From positions 25,847-89,846 of the forward strand of contig JANYBW010000054.1 of the NCBI GenBank assembly GCA_025360585.1: a stretch of 64,000 nucleotides of DNA, in the 5' to 3' direction. A model generated the notes under the pieces. The model was given only the letters and a program-made list of their open reading frames with translations. It was not told where the DNA came from and did no database searches. Position numbers and translations under genes: made by a program. The stretch comes from Actinomycetes bacterium (GTDB taxonomy: Bacteria; Actinomycetota; Acidimicrobiia; IMCC26256; PALSA-610). Below, one piece after another: positions 46,449 through 56,000 of this stretch. Every line of letters starts with the position of its first letter. Position 1 is the stretch's first letter.

Positions 46449-46979
46449 GTGTCGCTTTCGCCTCCCAACGATTCGCCTCTCAACGATTCGCCTCCCAACG
46501 ATTCGCCTCCCAACGATTCAGGCGATTGGATCTCGCTGACCACCGAACCGCTGCCGCTCATGGCCGCAATCGTTTGGTGCACAACTCCAGATTGCGGCGC
46601 GGTGGTTTCGTTCAGCGGTGTCGTGCGCGACCATGCCGAAGGGCGCCATGATGTTGTTGCGATGACGTACGAAGCCTATGAAGCACCCGCGCTACAGCGG
46701 CTGGCCGAAATTCTTAGCGAGACCCGCAATCGCTGGCCCGACGTCGGCCGGTTGGCGTTGCTGCACCGGCTTGGTGAGCTCGAACTGGGTGAAGCATCGG
46801 TCGTGGTAGTTGCGGCGAGCCCGCATCGCGACGTTGCGTTCGATGCCGGCCGGTTTGCGATCGATACTTTGAAGACTTCCGTACCGATCTGGAAAAAAGA
46901 ACACTTCTCTGGGCAATCAGAGTGGGCACTGCGCTCGAATGATGTGCAATCGGTCCCGACGTCGAGCGTTGGCGACTAA
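46449..46979 (+). CDS. moaE: molybdopterin synthase catalytic subunit MoaE with a repeat-bearing N-terminus
   Basis: GAVVSFSGVVRDH...LLHRLGELELGEASVVVVAASPHR..AF.A.RFAIDTLKTSVPIWKKE. GTG 46449 is the only in-frame canonical start upstream of the conserved ISLTTEPL segment. Confidence 0.8.
   Translation: MSLSPPNDSPLNDSPPNDSPPNDSGDWISLTTEPLPLMAAIVWCTTPDCGAVVSFSGVVRDHAEGRHDVVAMTYEAYEAPALQRLAEILSETRNRWPDVGRLALLHRLGELELGEASVVVVAASPHRDVAFDAGRFAIDTLKTSVPIWKKEHFSGQSEWALRSNDVQSVPTSSVGD
46461..46520. repeat. 4 x 15-bp tandem repeat
   Basis: cctc(c/t)caacgattc(g/a) occurs four times head to tail. It encodes (PPNDS)n in the moaE frame and (ESLGG)n on the opposite strand. Confidence 0.9.
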
Positions 46980-47155
46980 TGGCCTATTTACTGTTTGTGA
47001 TGGTCGCCTGTGCCGTCGGTATCTCATTGGTGGTCTGGCGGAATCGCCCCAAGACCTCAACCGAAGACGGAATTCGCGCGTTTGGCCGCAACCTTGATGC
47101 ACTCGCTCCTCCCGATGGAAGCACGCGTGGCTCGCGTCCTTCGCCGAAGGGATAG
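46979..47155 (+). CDS. small membrane protein (58 aa, below the ORF-track cutoff)
   Basis: My own translation gives MAYLLFVMVACAVGISLVVWRNRPKTSTEDGIRAFGRNLDALAPPDGSTRGSRPSPKG. The ATG overlaps the moaE stop (TAATG). It has one N-terminal transmembrane helix and ends 3 nt before mreB. Confidence 0.35.
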   Translation: MAYLLFVMVACAVGISLVVWRNRPKTSTEDGIRAFGRNLDALAPPDGSTRGSRPSPKG

Positions 47156-47158
47156 CGC

Positions 47159-48181
47159 GTGGCTCGGGATTTAGCGATCGATTTGGGCACCGCGAACACG
47201 CTGGTCTTCGCGCGGAACCAGGGCATCGTCTTGAACGAACCAACAGTCATCGCGCTCAACAGTCGTACCCAAGAAGTGTTGGCGATGGGTCAAGACGCTT
47301 GGCAGATGATTGGTCGTACTCCTGGCTATATCGTCGCGGTTCGACCATTGCGCGGCGGCGCGATCACTGATTTCGACATTACGCAGCGCATGATCCGATT
47401 GTTGTTTCAGCGCGTCGGTGTGCATCGTTTCCATCGAGCGCGAGTTTTGATATGTGTGCCTTCCGCAATTACCGCGGTGGAGCAGCGCGCGGTCCGCGAC
47501 GCGGCTCGGGCCGCAGGTGCCGCCGAGACCAACCTGTTGCCGCAACCTATGGCCGCCGCGATCGGCGCGTCTTTACCGATCCACGAACCAATGGGCAACA
47601 TGGTCATCGACATCGGCGGTGGCACCACCGAAGTCGCCGTGATCTCGCTCGGTGGCATTGTGGCGCTCGAAGCCGTACGAGTAGGTAGTTTCGATATCGA
47701 CGCGGCAATTCAGGCCTATGTTCGCAGGGAATACGGCATCGCAATCGGTGAACGCACTGCTGAAGAAATCAAGCTCGCGATCGGTTCTGCGTATCCAGTC
47801 GCCGAAGAATGGAAAGCTGAAGTTCGGGGCCGCGACCTCATGAGCGGCCTACCGAAAACGGTGATGCTCGCTCCGGTCGAAGTGCGCGGTGCGATCGAGG
47901 AACAAGTCCGCGCGATCTGCGATGCGGTCGTCGCATGCCTGGCTCGCACACCACCGGAACTTGCCCAAGACCTGATCGCGAACGGTATTCATCTTGTGGG
48001 CGGCGGCGGCATGCTCAAAGGGCTCGACAAACGAGTGGCGGAAGAAACGAAATTGCCCGTTCACCTTGTCGATGCTCCGCTTGAGTGTGTCGTGCTCGGT
48101 GCCGGGCGTTGCCTCGCCAACTTCGATTCACTGCGCGACATGTTCATTACCCGCAACGCCGATCAACGCAGCAGCAGATAA
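47159..48181 (+). CDS. mreB: rod-shape-determining actin homolog MreB
   Basis: DLAIDLGTANTLVF, DIGGGTTEVAVISLGG and GIHLVGGGGMLKGLD match the MreB/actin phosphate and adenosine motifs. Confidence 0.92.
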   Translation: MARDLAIDLGTANTLVFARNQGIVLNEPTVIALNSRTQEVLAMGQDAWQMIGRTPGYIVAVRPLRGGAITDFDITQRMIRLLFQRVGVHRFHRARVLICVPSAITAVEQRAVRDAARAAGAAETNLLPQPMAAAIGASLPIHEPMGNMVIDIGGGTTEVAVISLGGIVALEAVRVGSFDIDAAIQAYVRREYGIAIGERTAEEIKLAIGSAYPVAEEWKAEVRGRDLMSGLPKTVMLAPVEVRGAIEEQVRAICDAVVACLARTPPELAQDLIANGIHLVGGGGMLKGLDKRVAEETKLPVHLVDAPLECVVLGAGRCLANFDSLRDMFITRNADQRSSR

Positions 48182-48215
48182 TCGCTCGTATCGGTCGAGG
48201 CTCTGGGCCGCGTGA

Positions 48216-48986
48216 TCAGCGGTCGTCGGAGAGATCCTCGGCCGCTTGGCGTACCTGCCAATCACTGTCGGTGAGCGCTTTGGATACGGCCGCGTCCACT
48301 TCAGGTCCGTAGTAGTTCGCGAGCGCGAGGACGGCGCGCCGGCGCACTGCAGGTTTGTCTTGGCAGGCAGCGAGAATGATCGGCAGCGACGTTTCGTGGC
48401 CGATCGAACCGAGCGCGGCAACGGCGGCTTCGCGTACTAACGCGTCGGCATGGTGTTCAGCAATTGCCTCCAACTCCCCGGCGATGCTCGCACTTTCATT
48501 GTGTAGCGCCGCGTCGGCTGGTTCATTGTGTAGCGCCGTGTCGGCACTTTCATTGCATAGCGCCGTTTCGGCGGGGAGTGCCGGTTCTCCCGTGGAGTCC
48601 CCGCCCCGTTCGCCGAGGGCGAAACATGCCGCTTCGGCCACGTAGCCATTGTCATCGTGGGCCAACGAAAAGAGTTCGTCGGCGGCGAGTGTGGCGGAGA
48701 TCTTCGGTGCCAAGCGGGCTGCGGCGAGCCGGACCGGTGGTTCGGGGTCTCCTGCGGCCCGGCGCCAGAGATTCGTGGCCTTCGCCGGGCTGGCTTTGCG
48801 AATTGCTGCGCTGAGCGCCGCGGCCCGGGCCGCCGGTTCGGGGTCGTCGATCACCATGGCTGCGATGGTCGCGAGCGTTCCTGCCGGCCAGCGTTGGGAA
48901 ATTTGGCCCAAGATCGTTGCCGCCGTGGCTCGGGTGCGGGGATTGGGCGATGTGAGGTCCGCGACTGCCTCGTGCACCAATGCCAT
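48216..48986 (-). CDS. HEAT-repeat protein
   Basis: Repeated D(P/S)..VR.AA..ALG helices (NPRTRATAATILG, DPEPAARAAAL, DALVREAAVAALG, DKPAVRRRAVLAL, DSDWQVRQAA). Start taken at MALVHEA (48986). Confidence 0.65.
   Translation of the reverse strand: MALVHEAVADLTSPNPRTRATAATILGQISQRWPAGTLATIAAMVIDDPEPAARAAALSAAIRKASPAKATNLWRRAAGDPEPPVRLAAARLAPKISATLAADELFSLAHDDNGYVAEAACFALGERGGDSTGEPALPAETALCNESADTALHNEPADAALHNESASIAGELEAIAEHHADALVREAAVAALGSIGHETSLPIILAACQDKPAVRRRAVLALANYYGPEVDAAVSKALTDSDWQVRQAAEDLSDDR
48491..48571. repeat. 3 x 27-bp in-frame tandem repeat inside the HEAT-repeat gene
   Basis: c(a/t)(c/g)(t/g)ttcattg(t/c)(g/a)tagcgccg(c/t)(g/t)tcgg occurs three times. It encodes ...TALCNESAD/TALHNEPAD/AALHNESAS. 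Confidence 0.85.
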
Positions 48987-49030
48987 TAGGAGAATCCTAC
49001 AAGGTGGGCTGATGTGTCCGATAGGACAGC

Positions 49031-49792
49031 ATGAAGCGGGCCGGAGTAGCACGAGCCGTCGCGAGCGCCGTTGTCGGTCTGCTCGCGACGGCTTCGCTGA
49101 TTCAGGCCTCAAGCCCCGATTCGTTGCCGGCATTCGGCCGCGCCCAGCGGAAGAATCGCCCGGTCAGTTCAGTTGCAGCAGTAGCGCCCCTCACAACGGC
49201 TGCGATTGGCGCTGCCGGTGGGTCAAGTGAAAAGAGCACCGTCTCGGTGCCCGCGTCGATGCCCACGACTGCGGTTCCCACGATGCCTACCAGTCGTCGT
49301 AAGAAGATGCGCCAAGCGGATCCGCAAGCGAATCGCGAAGTGTTGATCCCGGCTGAGGTACCCGGATCGAACTTCTCGGTTCCGTTGGTTGCCCATGATC
49401 GAATGATCATCGCGAAATTGGGCCTCGATCGCCCCGTATTCGAGGGCATTGCGCAAAACGTCATCGATGCTGGAGTGGCCCATTGGCCCGGCACCGCGAC
49501 CCCTGGCGGTATCGGCAATGTCGTCATCGCTGGTCATCGCAGTACGTACTCGAGGCCGTTCCACGACATCGCGAAGTTGGCGGCTGGAGACACGATTGTT
49601 TTCGAAACCGAGACTCACTGGCGCTACACCTACACAGTCGAGCGTCAGTTCGTGGTTTCGCAAAATGCGTTGTGGATTAGCGATCAGACTGCTGGTCGCC
49701 ACGTAACGATCTTTACGTGTCATCCGATCGGCTCTTCGCGCCAGCGGCTCGTGACTGTGGGTGTTCTTACGAAAACGCAACGGCTCCGCTAG
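49031..49792 (+). CDS. sortase (actinobacterial class E/F-like)
   Basis: Signal/anchor MKRAGVARAVASAVVGLLATASL. Catalytic His (VVIAGHRSTY), Cys (VTIFTCHP) and Arg (RLVTVG) are present. Confidence 0.8.
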   Translation: MKRAGVARAVASAVVGLLATASLIQASSPDSLPAFGRAQRKNRPVSSVAAVAPLTTAAIGAAGGSSEKSTVSVPASMPTTAVPTMPTSRRKKMRQADPQANREVLIPAEVPGSNFSVPLVAHDRMIIAKLGLDRPVFEGIAQNVIDAGVAHWPGTATPGGIGNVVIAGHRSTYSRPFHDIAKLAAGDTIVFETETHWRYTYTVERQFVVSQNALWISDQTAGRHVTIFTCHPIGSSRQRLVTVGVLTKTQRLR

Positions 49793-49870
49793 GCAAACGA
49801 CTCCGGCGCGTGCAAGGCTGTCGTGTGCAGAACAACCTAGTTGCAGACACAAAAGTTGCGATGAGTTCTC

Positions 49871-50992
49871 GTGACTGACCCGCCGGATGTTCTCGTGCCG
49901 GAATTTGTTCACGATGCTGAAGACGGTCGGTCCACCGTCACGCGGGTTTTGCGCGGAATCGGCATTGCGGCATTGCTGGCGTTGATTGGCGTGGTGATTT
50001 GGGGGTTTGTGTATCACCCTGGATACGACGAGGTAATCCCCGGTTCAACCCAGCCGATCCCGGCCAAAATTTCAGTTACTGGCGTGAAGCAATTCTCGCC
50101 AAAAGGCAACTTCTATTTGGTGTTTGTGCGTGAGCGGACCGATGTGAACTACTGGGAATACGTGCGCGCGCAATGGTTTGACGATCACGCCCAAATCAAC
50201 AAGATCGAAAAGGGCGCGCCGGCCCCGGTGCCCCATCAGGATTTTTGTTTCATGCAGGATTCTCAGGCCACCGCGAAACAAGTGGCCCTACGTAAACTCG
50301 GCTACAAACTGAACGTGAAGCCGGGTGTGTTGATCGTTGGGATCAGTGAAGCGAACACGCCAGTTTCCAAAGTCCTGACCTGTGGCGACACGATTCGTTC
50401 GGTCGCGGGCGTGAAAACCGATTCCCAAAAAGAACTCAGCGCCGTCATTGGCCAGCATCGTCCAGGCGATGCGGTCGAGGTTGTGTTCGATCGCGCCGCG
50501 AAGCAACAAACCCAACGGATCCGCCTGATCCGCGATCGCGAAGGCAAAACTCGATTGGGAGTCCTGGCCACACCGACCGTGCAATATCCATTTCAGCTTT
50601 CGATCGATACGGGCGAAATCGGTGGTCCCTCAGCGGGGCTCGCGATGACACTGACGTTGCTCGACGAACTCACCCCCGGTGAACTCACTGGGAATCAAAA
50701 AGTTGCCGCTACGGGCACGATCGAACCCGACGGAACCGTCGGCGAAATTGGCGCGATCGATTTGAAAGCAATCGCGGTACAACAACGACACGCCAAAATA
50801 TTCCTGGTGCCGGCTTGTCAAGAAGACCCCAAGCAATACCCCAAAGAGCTCGCGAGTTGCCAAGAGGGAATTCGGCTGGCTCGCAAGAACGCGCCAAGTG
50901 TTTTGGTGATTCCGGTGCGCAATCTCGACGATGCGTTGCGAGCACTGCGCGAGCACGGTGGCGAACCGTTGCCCGCAATCGCGAGCAAATAG
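49871..50992 (+). CDS. PDZ-domain protein with a Lon-protease (S16) C-terminal domain
   Basis: N-terminal transmembrane helix, a PDZ domain (GDTIRSVAGV), and Lon_C with GPSAGLAMTLTLLDEL and a Lys region ATGTI...G.VG.IG. Adjacent to a UPF0182 gene, as in mycobacteria. Confidence 0.8.
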   Translation: MTDPPDVLVPEFVHDAEDGRSTVTRVLRGIGIAALLALIGVVIWGFVYHPGYDEVIPGSTQPIPAKISVTGVKQFSPKGNFYLVFVRERTDVNYWEYVRAQWFDDHAQINKIEKGAPAPVPHQDFCFMQDSQATAKQVALRKLGYKLNVKPGVLIVGISEANTPVSKVLTCGDTIRSVAGVKTDSQKELSAVIGQHRPGDAVEVVFDRAAKQQTQRIRLIRDREGKTRLGVLATPTVQYPFQLSIDTGEIGGPSAGLAMTLTLLDELTPGELTGNQKVAATGTIEPDGTVGEIGAIDLKAIAVQQRHAKIFLVPACQEDPKQYPKELASCQEGIRLARKNAPSVLVIPVRNLDDALRALREHGGEPLPAIASK

Positions 50993-51089
50993 ACCAGAAT
51001 TTGTTCAGCGCTCCTGGTGCGGTGCCCAGCGTGCAACTACGATTCACTCCCGTAACTTCTGCAACAACAACAACAGATTTGGGATCGTG

Positions 51090-53036
51090 ATGGAAGACGA
51101 AGTTCGTACGGCCGTGCCCAGTGCGCCGCGGCTCGCCCCTGAAGACATCGCCACCCGTTCGTTTTCAAATTCGTTTCGCGGATTGTCGGAGTCTGAGGTT
51201 CGGAGTTTCCTGAAACGCATCGCCGAAGAGATGACATCGGCGCAGATTCGGGAACGCGAGTTACGCGAATCGCTGACGGCCTCGGAAGTACGCGCCAATC
51301 ATCGTGAGCCCCTCGACGAATCGCAGCTCCTTGAAGCACTCGGTGAAGAAACGGCCAAGCTCCTGCGATCGGCCCGCGAGGCTGCAAACGACATTCGCAC
51401 AAAGGCCGAAGTGAACGGGACACGGACGCGCGCGGAAGCTACAGAAGCGGCTGCGGCGGTTCGTGAAGAAGCCGCGAACTTGTTGGATACGCGCCGGGCG
51501 GAAGCTGATCGTGAAATCGCTGAACTGCGCGCCCGAATCGACGCAGAACTCACGGCCCAGCGCGCCGAAGCCGAAGCTGCGACCGTGTTGCTCCAGACCA
51601 ATGCCGCCGCCAATTCCGAACGAGTTCTTGAACAGGCGAAGGTCACCGGCCGGTCCATGGTGGAAGAAGCCAAAGCCCTACGCGACCGTGTACTTGCGGA
51701 TCTTGGCCATCGCCGAGGCTTGCTGCAGTCACAAATCACTGAGTTGAAGACCGGTCGTGAACAGTTGCTCGATGCCTACCGCATCGTCAAGCGAACGTTT
51801 CTTGAAGCAACCGAAGCACTTGGGCAAGCCGAATCGCGTGCATCGCAGAGCCGTCCGCCGAGTGTTGGCGATGTTGAAATCGCCGCGGCCTACGACGCCG
51901 CGATTGTTGACGACGCGGCTGTGGAGCTCGGCGCACATCTCCACGCAGAAGACGTGTTGGATCCGGACGTCGTGGCAGCGCCGGATGCAGAAATCTCCGA
52001 CGCAGACGCAACTGAGCTTGCTCTTACCTCGAGCGCGTTGGATTCGGTCATTGGCGAACTGCCGACTGGCGGTGATCTACCGCAAGGCGTTGCGACGAGC
52101 TCAGTCGAGGGCGCGGGCGAAGAAGGCTCGGAAGCAGTTGATTCGCCTTCTGCGTCAGAAATCCCCGAAGTAGAAGATCTTTTTGCTCGTATCCGTGCAC
52201 AGTCCGCGGCCCGCGATTCGGGCACCGCCGTTGCTGAGCCAGCGCCGCCGGAGGTTGCGCCGCCGGAGGTTGCGCCCGCAAGCGATGCCCTCGTATCAGA
52301 GACTGTGGTCTCGGGCTCGCACTCCGGTGTCGTTGCCGATGTCGCAGGCTCAGCAGCGAACACAACGACCGGCGACGAGGCAGGCGCGGCGCCGGCTGAG
52401 GTTGAAGAAATCAACTCCGCAATTGCGGTGGTATTGACGCCAACAGTGCGCGAAACTGTGAGCGCGTTGGTGTCGTCGGTCATCAAAAAAGCAAAGCGGA
52501 CGTCCCAAGACGAGCAAAACGAACTGCTCGACGCGATTCGGCGGCAAAAGCGGCGCGCGGTCGCGGCTGAAGTATTGCCGCAGTCCGAAGAACAGACTGG
52601 AATCTGGGCGGTCGCGTTGGCCTCGTCGGTCGGAGCGGCGTTCTCCGCGAGCTCGGCTGACGAGTCGTTGATGCCCGAATCGTTGGGTCGCGAAGTCGCT
52701 CGTGATCTGATCGCTGGCTTGCGGGCTCGCCTCGTTGATGCGATCGATAACGGTGACATCGAAGGCATGAGTGATCGCGTGAACGCGCGCTTTCGCGAAT
52801 GGAAAACCCAAGATCTCGAAGACTTGCTCCACGATGCGCTGCATGCGAGTTTCGTTTCCGGACAATTCGCCGCGGTGGCGAGCGGAACCGAACTCCGGTG
52901 GGTCATGAGCGAGGTGTGTTGTGCAGATTGTGCCGATAACGCACTCGAATTGGTGTTGAAAGGTGCGGAGTTTCCGACGGGTCACGTGCTGCCGCCAGCT
53001 CATGGCGGGTGTCGTTGCGTGCTTGAACCCGCGTAA
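51090..53036 (+). CDS. DivIVA-domain protein with a long coiled-coil/acidic region and a Cys-rich MuF-like C-terminus
   Basis: DivIVA motif LAPEDIATRSFSNSFRGLSESEVRSFLKRIAEE. The C-terminus reads CCADCADN...GAEFPTGHVLPPAHGGCRCVLEP. ATG 51090 chosen inside ORF 50931-53036. Confidence 0.75.
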   Translation: MEDEVRTAVPSAPRLAPEDIATRSFSNSFRGLSESEVRSFLKRIAEEMTSAQIRERELRESLTASEVRANHREPLDESQLLEALGEETAKLLRSAREAANDIRTKAEVNGTRTRAEATEAAAAVREEAANLLDTRRAEADREIAELRARIDAELTAQRAEAEAATVLLQTNAAANSERVLEQAKVTGRSMVEEAKALRDRVLADLGHRRGLLQSQITELKTGREQLLDAYRIVKRTFLEATEALGQAESRASQSRPPSVGDVEIAAAYDAAIVDDAAVELGAHLHAEDVLDPDVVAAPDAEISDADATELALTSSALDSVIGELPTGGDLPQGVATSSVEGAGEEGSEAVDSPSASEIPEVEDLFARIRAQSAARDSGTAVAEPAPPEVAPPEVAPASDALVSETVVSGSHSGVVADVAGSAANTTTGDEAGAAPAEVEEINSAIAVVLTPTVRETVSALVSSVIKKAKRTSQDEQNELLDAIRRQKRRAVAAEVLPQSEEQTGIWAVALASSVGAAFSASSADESLMPESLGREVARDLIAGLRARLVDAIDNGDIEGMSDRVNARFREWKTQDLEDLLHDALHASFVSGQFAAVASGTELRWVMSEVCCADCADNALELVLKGAEFPTGHVLPPAHGGCRCVLEPA

Positions 53037-53076
53037 TTGCTCGCGTTGTGGCAACGGTTCGTGACCCGAACCCAAC

Positions 53077-56000
53077 GTGGCTGGCTGGCGCACCTACGAT
53101 CGGTCTATGCACGTACCCCCTTTGAGTGAAGAGATCCGACCACGGCGACGTTATGGGCCGCGAGTTTTGCTCGGGATTGTGGTTGCGGTGCTGTTTGTTT
53201 TGTTTGCCAGCGCGAAGGCGCTCGCCGGGTTTTACACCGACAAACTCTGGTTCGATGATCTTGGTTTTGGCAAGGTCTTCAGCACGCTCATCTGGGCGCG
53301 AATCGCGCCGGCAGTGATCTTTAGCTTCGTGATGTTTGTGGTGTTACTCGTCAATTTGGTACTTGCGGGCCGGTTGGCGCCTGAGTATCGAACTGCGGGA
53401 GTAGAAGACGAAGTCATTGATCGTTACGTCGGGTACGTCACTCCGTACATGGGTCGAGTGCGAGTTTTGGTTTCGTTGGCGATCGGTGCGCTGGTTGGTT
53501 TCGGCGCGTCATCGCAGTGGCGTGAGTGGATCATGTACCAGAATCGCGTTACCTGGGGTATCAAAGACGCGCAGTTCCATAAAGACATCGGCTTTTATGT
53601 CTTTGAGTTGCCGTTTTTGAAGTTCATCGCCGAGTGGTCGTTCGTGGTGTTCTTCGTATCGTTGTTCATCACTGCTGTGTTTCATTACATCAACGGAGGG
53701 ATTCGCGTTCAGGCAGGATTCCAGCGGGTGACTCCGCAAGTGAAAGCCCACCTTTCGGTGCTACTTGCTGCGATGGCGATCACCAAGACCGCGCAGTATT
53801 GGTTGGGTCGCTACGACTTGGTGTATTCACACCGCGGCAAAGTCGATGGCGCAACGTTCACGGATATTCATGCGCAACTTCCCGCGCTGGAGTTCCTTGC
53901 GCTCATTTCCGTGGTTGGTGCGATCCTCTTCGTGGTCAATATTTGGCGGCGAGGCTGGACGCTGCCAATTATCGCGGCGGGCTTGTGGGCCTTTATCTCG
54001 ATCATCGTTGGCACGGCGTATCCCGCCTGGATGCAACGGTTCCAAGTGCAACCGGCCGAGCAGAGTAAGGAACAGCCGTATATCGAGCGCAATATCGCGG
54101 CCACGAGAGCCGCGTACGGTCTCGATAAATTTGGGGTGCAGATCTACAAGGGAAACGGGAAACTCGACGCGCAGGCGGTAAAGGAATCGAGCGCGGCCAA
54201 GACGCTGAGCAACGTTCGCTTGTGGGATCCAGACGCCTTGCAGACCGCCATCGCGAAGCAAAATGTTAAGGGCTATTACCAGCTCGGCGTTCCGTCGATT
54301 GACCGTTACACCGTCGGCGCGGTGAATAAGCAGCTCGCGATGGTTTCGGTGCGCGGATTGAACTCGGCGGAGTTACCTTCCGATACCTGGACGAACCGTC
54401 ACCTCGCGTACACGCACGGCCAAGCCGCCGTTGTGGTCCAAGCCAACGCGACCTCGGTTTCCGCATCCCAGGACCCGAGCTACCTGGTATCGGGAATCCC
54501 CGCGGCGGGCGAAACCGACATCAAAATCAGCCAACCGGATGTGTACTACGCGCCATCCATGTCGGATTACGTCATTGGGGCGACGAAAGAAAAAGAAGTG
54601 GAGGTCGACGGCTCGGGCAACGAAGCTCGCGATCAGTACCGCGATACAAAACGCGGAATTTCGCTATCAAGCTTGCTGCGCAAAGCCGCGTTTGCAACTC
54701 GGTTCAGCGATTTCAATTTGTTGATTTCCGATCGTTTGCAATCGCAGTCAAAGATGTTGTTCGTACGGGATCCTGCGGAGCGCGTGCGGAAAGCCGCGCC
54801 GTTCCTTTCGACGGATTCTGAGGCCTATCCGGTTGTGTTGCCCGATGGCACCATGCAATGGGTAGTTGATGCCTATACGTCCACGGACAAGTACCCGTAC
54901 AGCCAAGAAATTCGTCCCGGCGATGTGAGCGGTCAGCAAATTGCTGGTAATTACAACTACGCCCGCAACTCGGTGAAAGCCGTAGTGGATGCCTACAACG
55001 GTTCGGTGTCGCTGTACATCGTGGATCCAACTGATCCGCTAATTCGGGCCTACAGCAAGGCGTTTCCTTCGTTGTTTCAGCCTGCGTCCGCGATGCCGAA
55101 CGGGTTGGCGGAGCACTTGCGCGCACCGACCGATCTCTTCAAAGCGCAAATGCGGATGTTGGAGCAATATCACGTGTTACCGACCCAGGCTGGCGCGTTT
55201 TACGGCGGGACGCAACGCTGGAGAATCGCTCCGCAACCATCAGTCGGAACGTCCGGAACCGCCGATACCACGCCAACAACGTCTGCGTCTGCTGGCAATG
55301 ACGGAGGGCGCAACGGCCAAAACCAAAACGACAGTCAGCGCGTCGAGCCGCAGTACCAAATGTTGCAACTGCCCGATGGCACCCAACAAGAGTTTGTGCT
55401 GACCACTTCATTTGTGCCCGCGAGCAAAAACGACACATCGCCGAACATTCTCAGTGCGTTCGTCGCTGCTCGCAACGACGGGTTCGGAACGTCGAACTTC
55501 GGTAGGACGACGGTGTTCGACTCCAGTTCCGGATCCGGATTGAGCTCGGAAGTGTTTGCGGCTGCCCAAATTCAAAAAGATACGCTTATTTCGCAACGAA
55601 TATCGCTGCTTGGTCAAGGAGGATCCTCGATCACGCCCGGTGCCGTCCAGCTCTTGCCCATTGGCGATTCGATTCTTTACGCGCAGCCGTTCTTTATCAA
55701 TAGCGATAACAAAGGCGCTGTCCCCGGACTTGCATTTGTAGCCCTCGACGACGGTAAGCGGGCGGTGTTCGCAAACTCGGTTGCCGAGGCGTTGAAGCTG
55801 TTGTACGGCGACACGGTGGCACCACCTGACAATGGCAACGGCGGCCCGCCCGCGACCATCACCGATGCCGAACGGTTGAAAAAGATCAAGGCCGCGCTCG
55901 ACGAATACCAAAGCAAGACGAAGTCGGGCGAGTTCGAAGCTGCCGGCAAGGCGTTAAGGACCCTCGGCGATTTGGTCAACGGGGTGACGACCCCAACGAG

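Noticed and set aside
46337-46582. N-terminal extension of the HtrA-like ORF containing (ESLGG)4.
   Set aside because: It would overlap moaE by 134 nt on the opposite strand. The internal ATG at 46336 gives a sensible cytoplasmic tail, transmembrane helix and protease-fold architecture, and moaE needs the GTG 46449 start.
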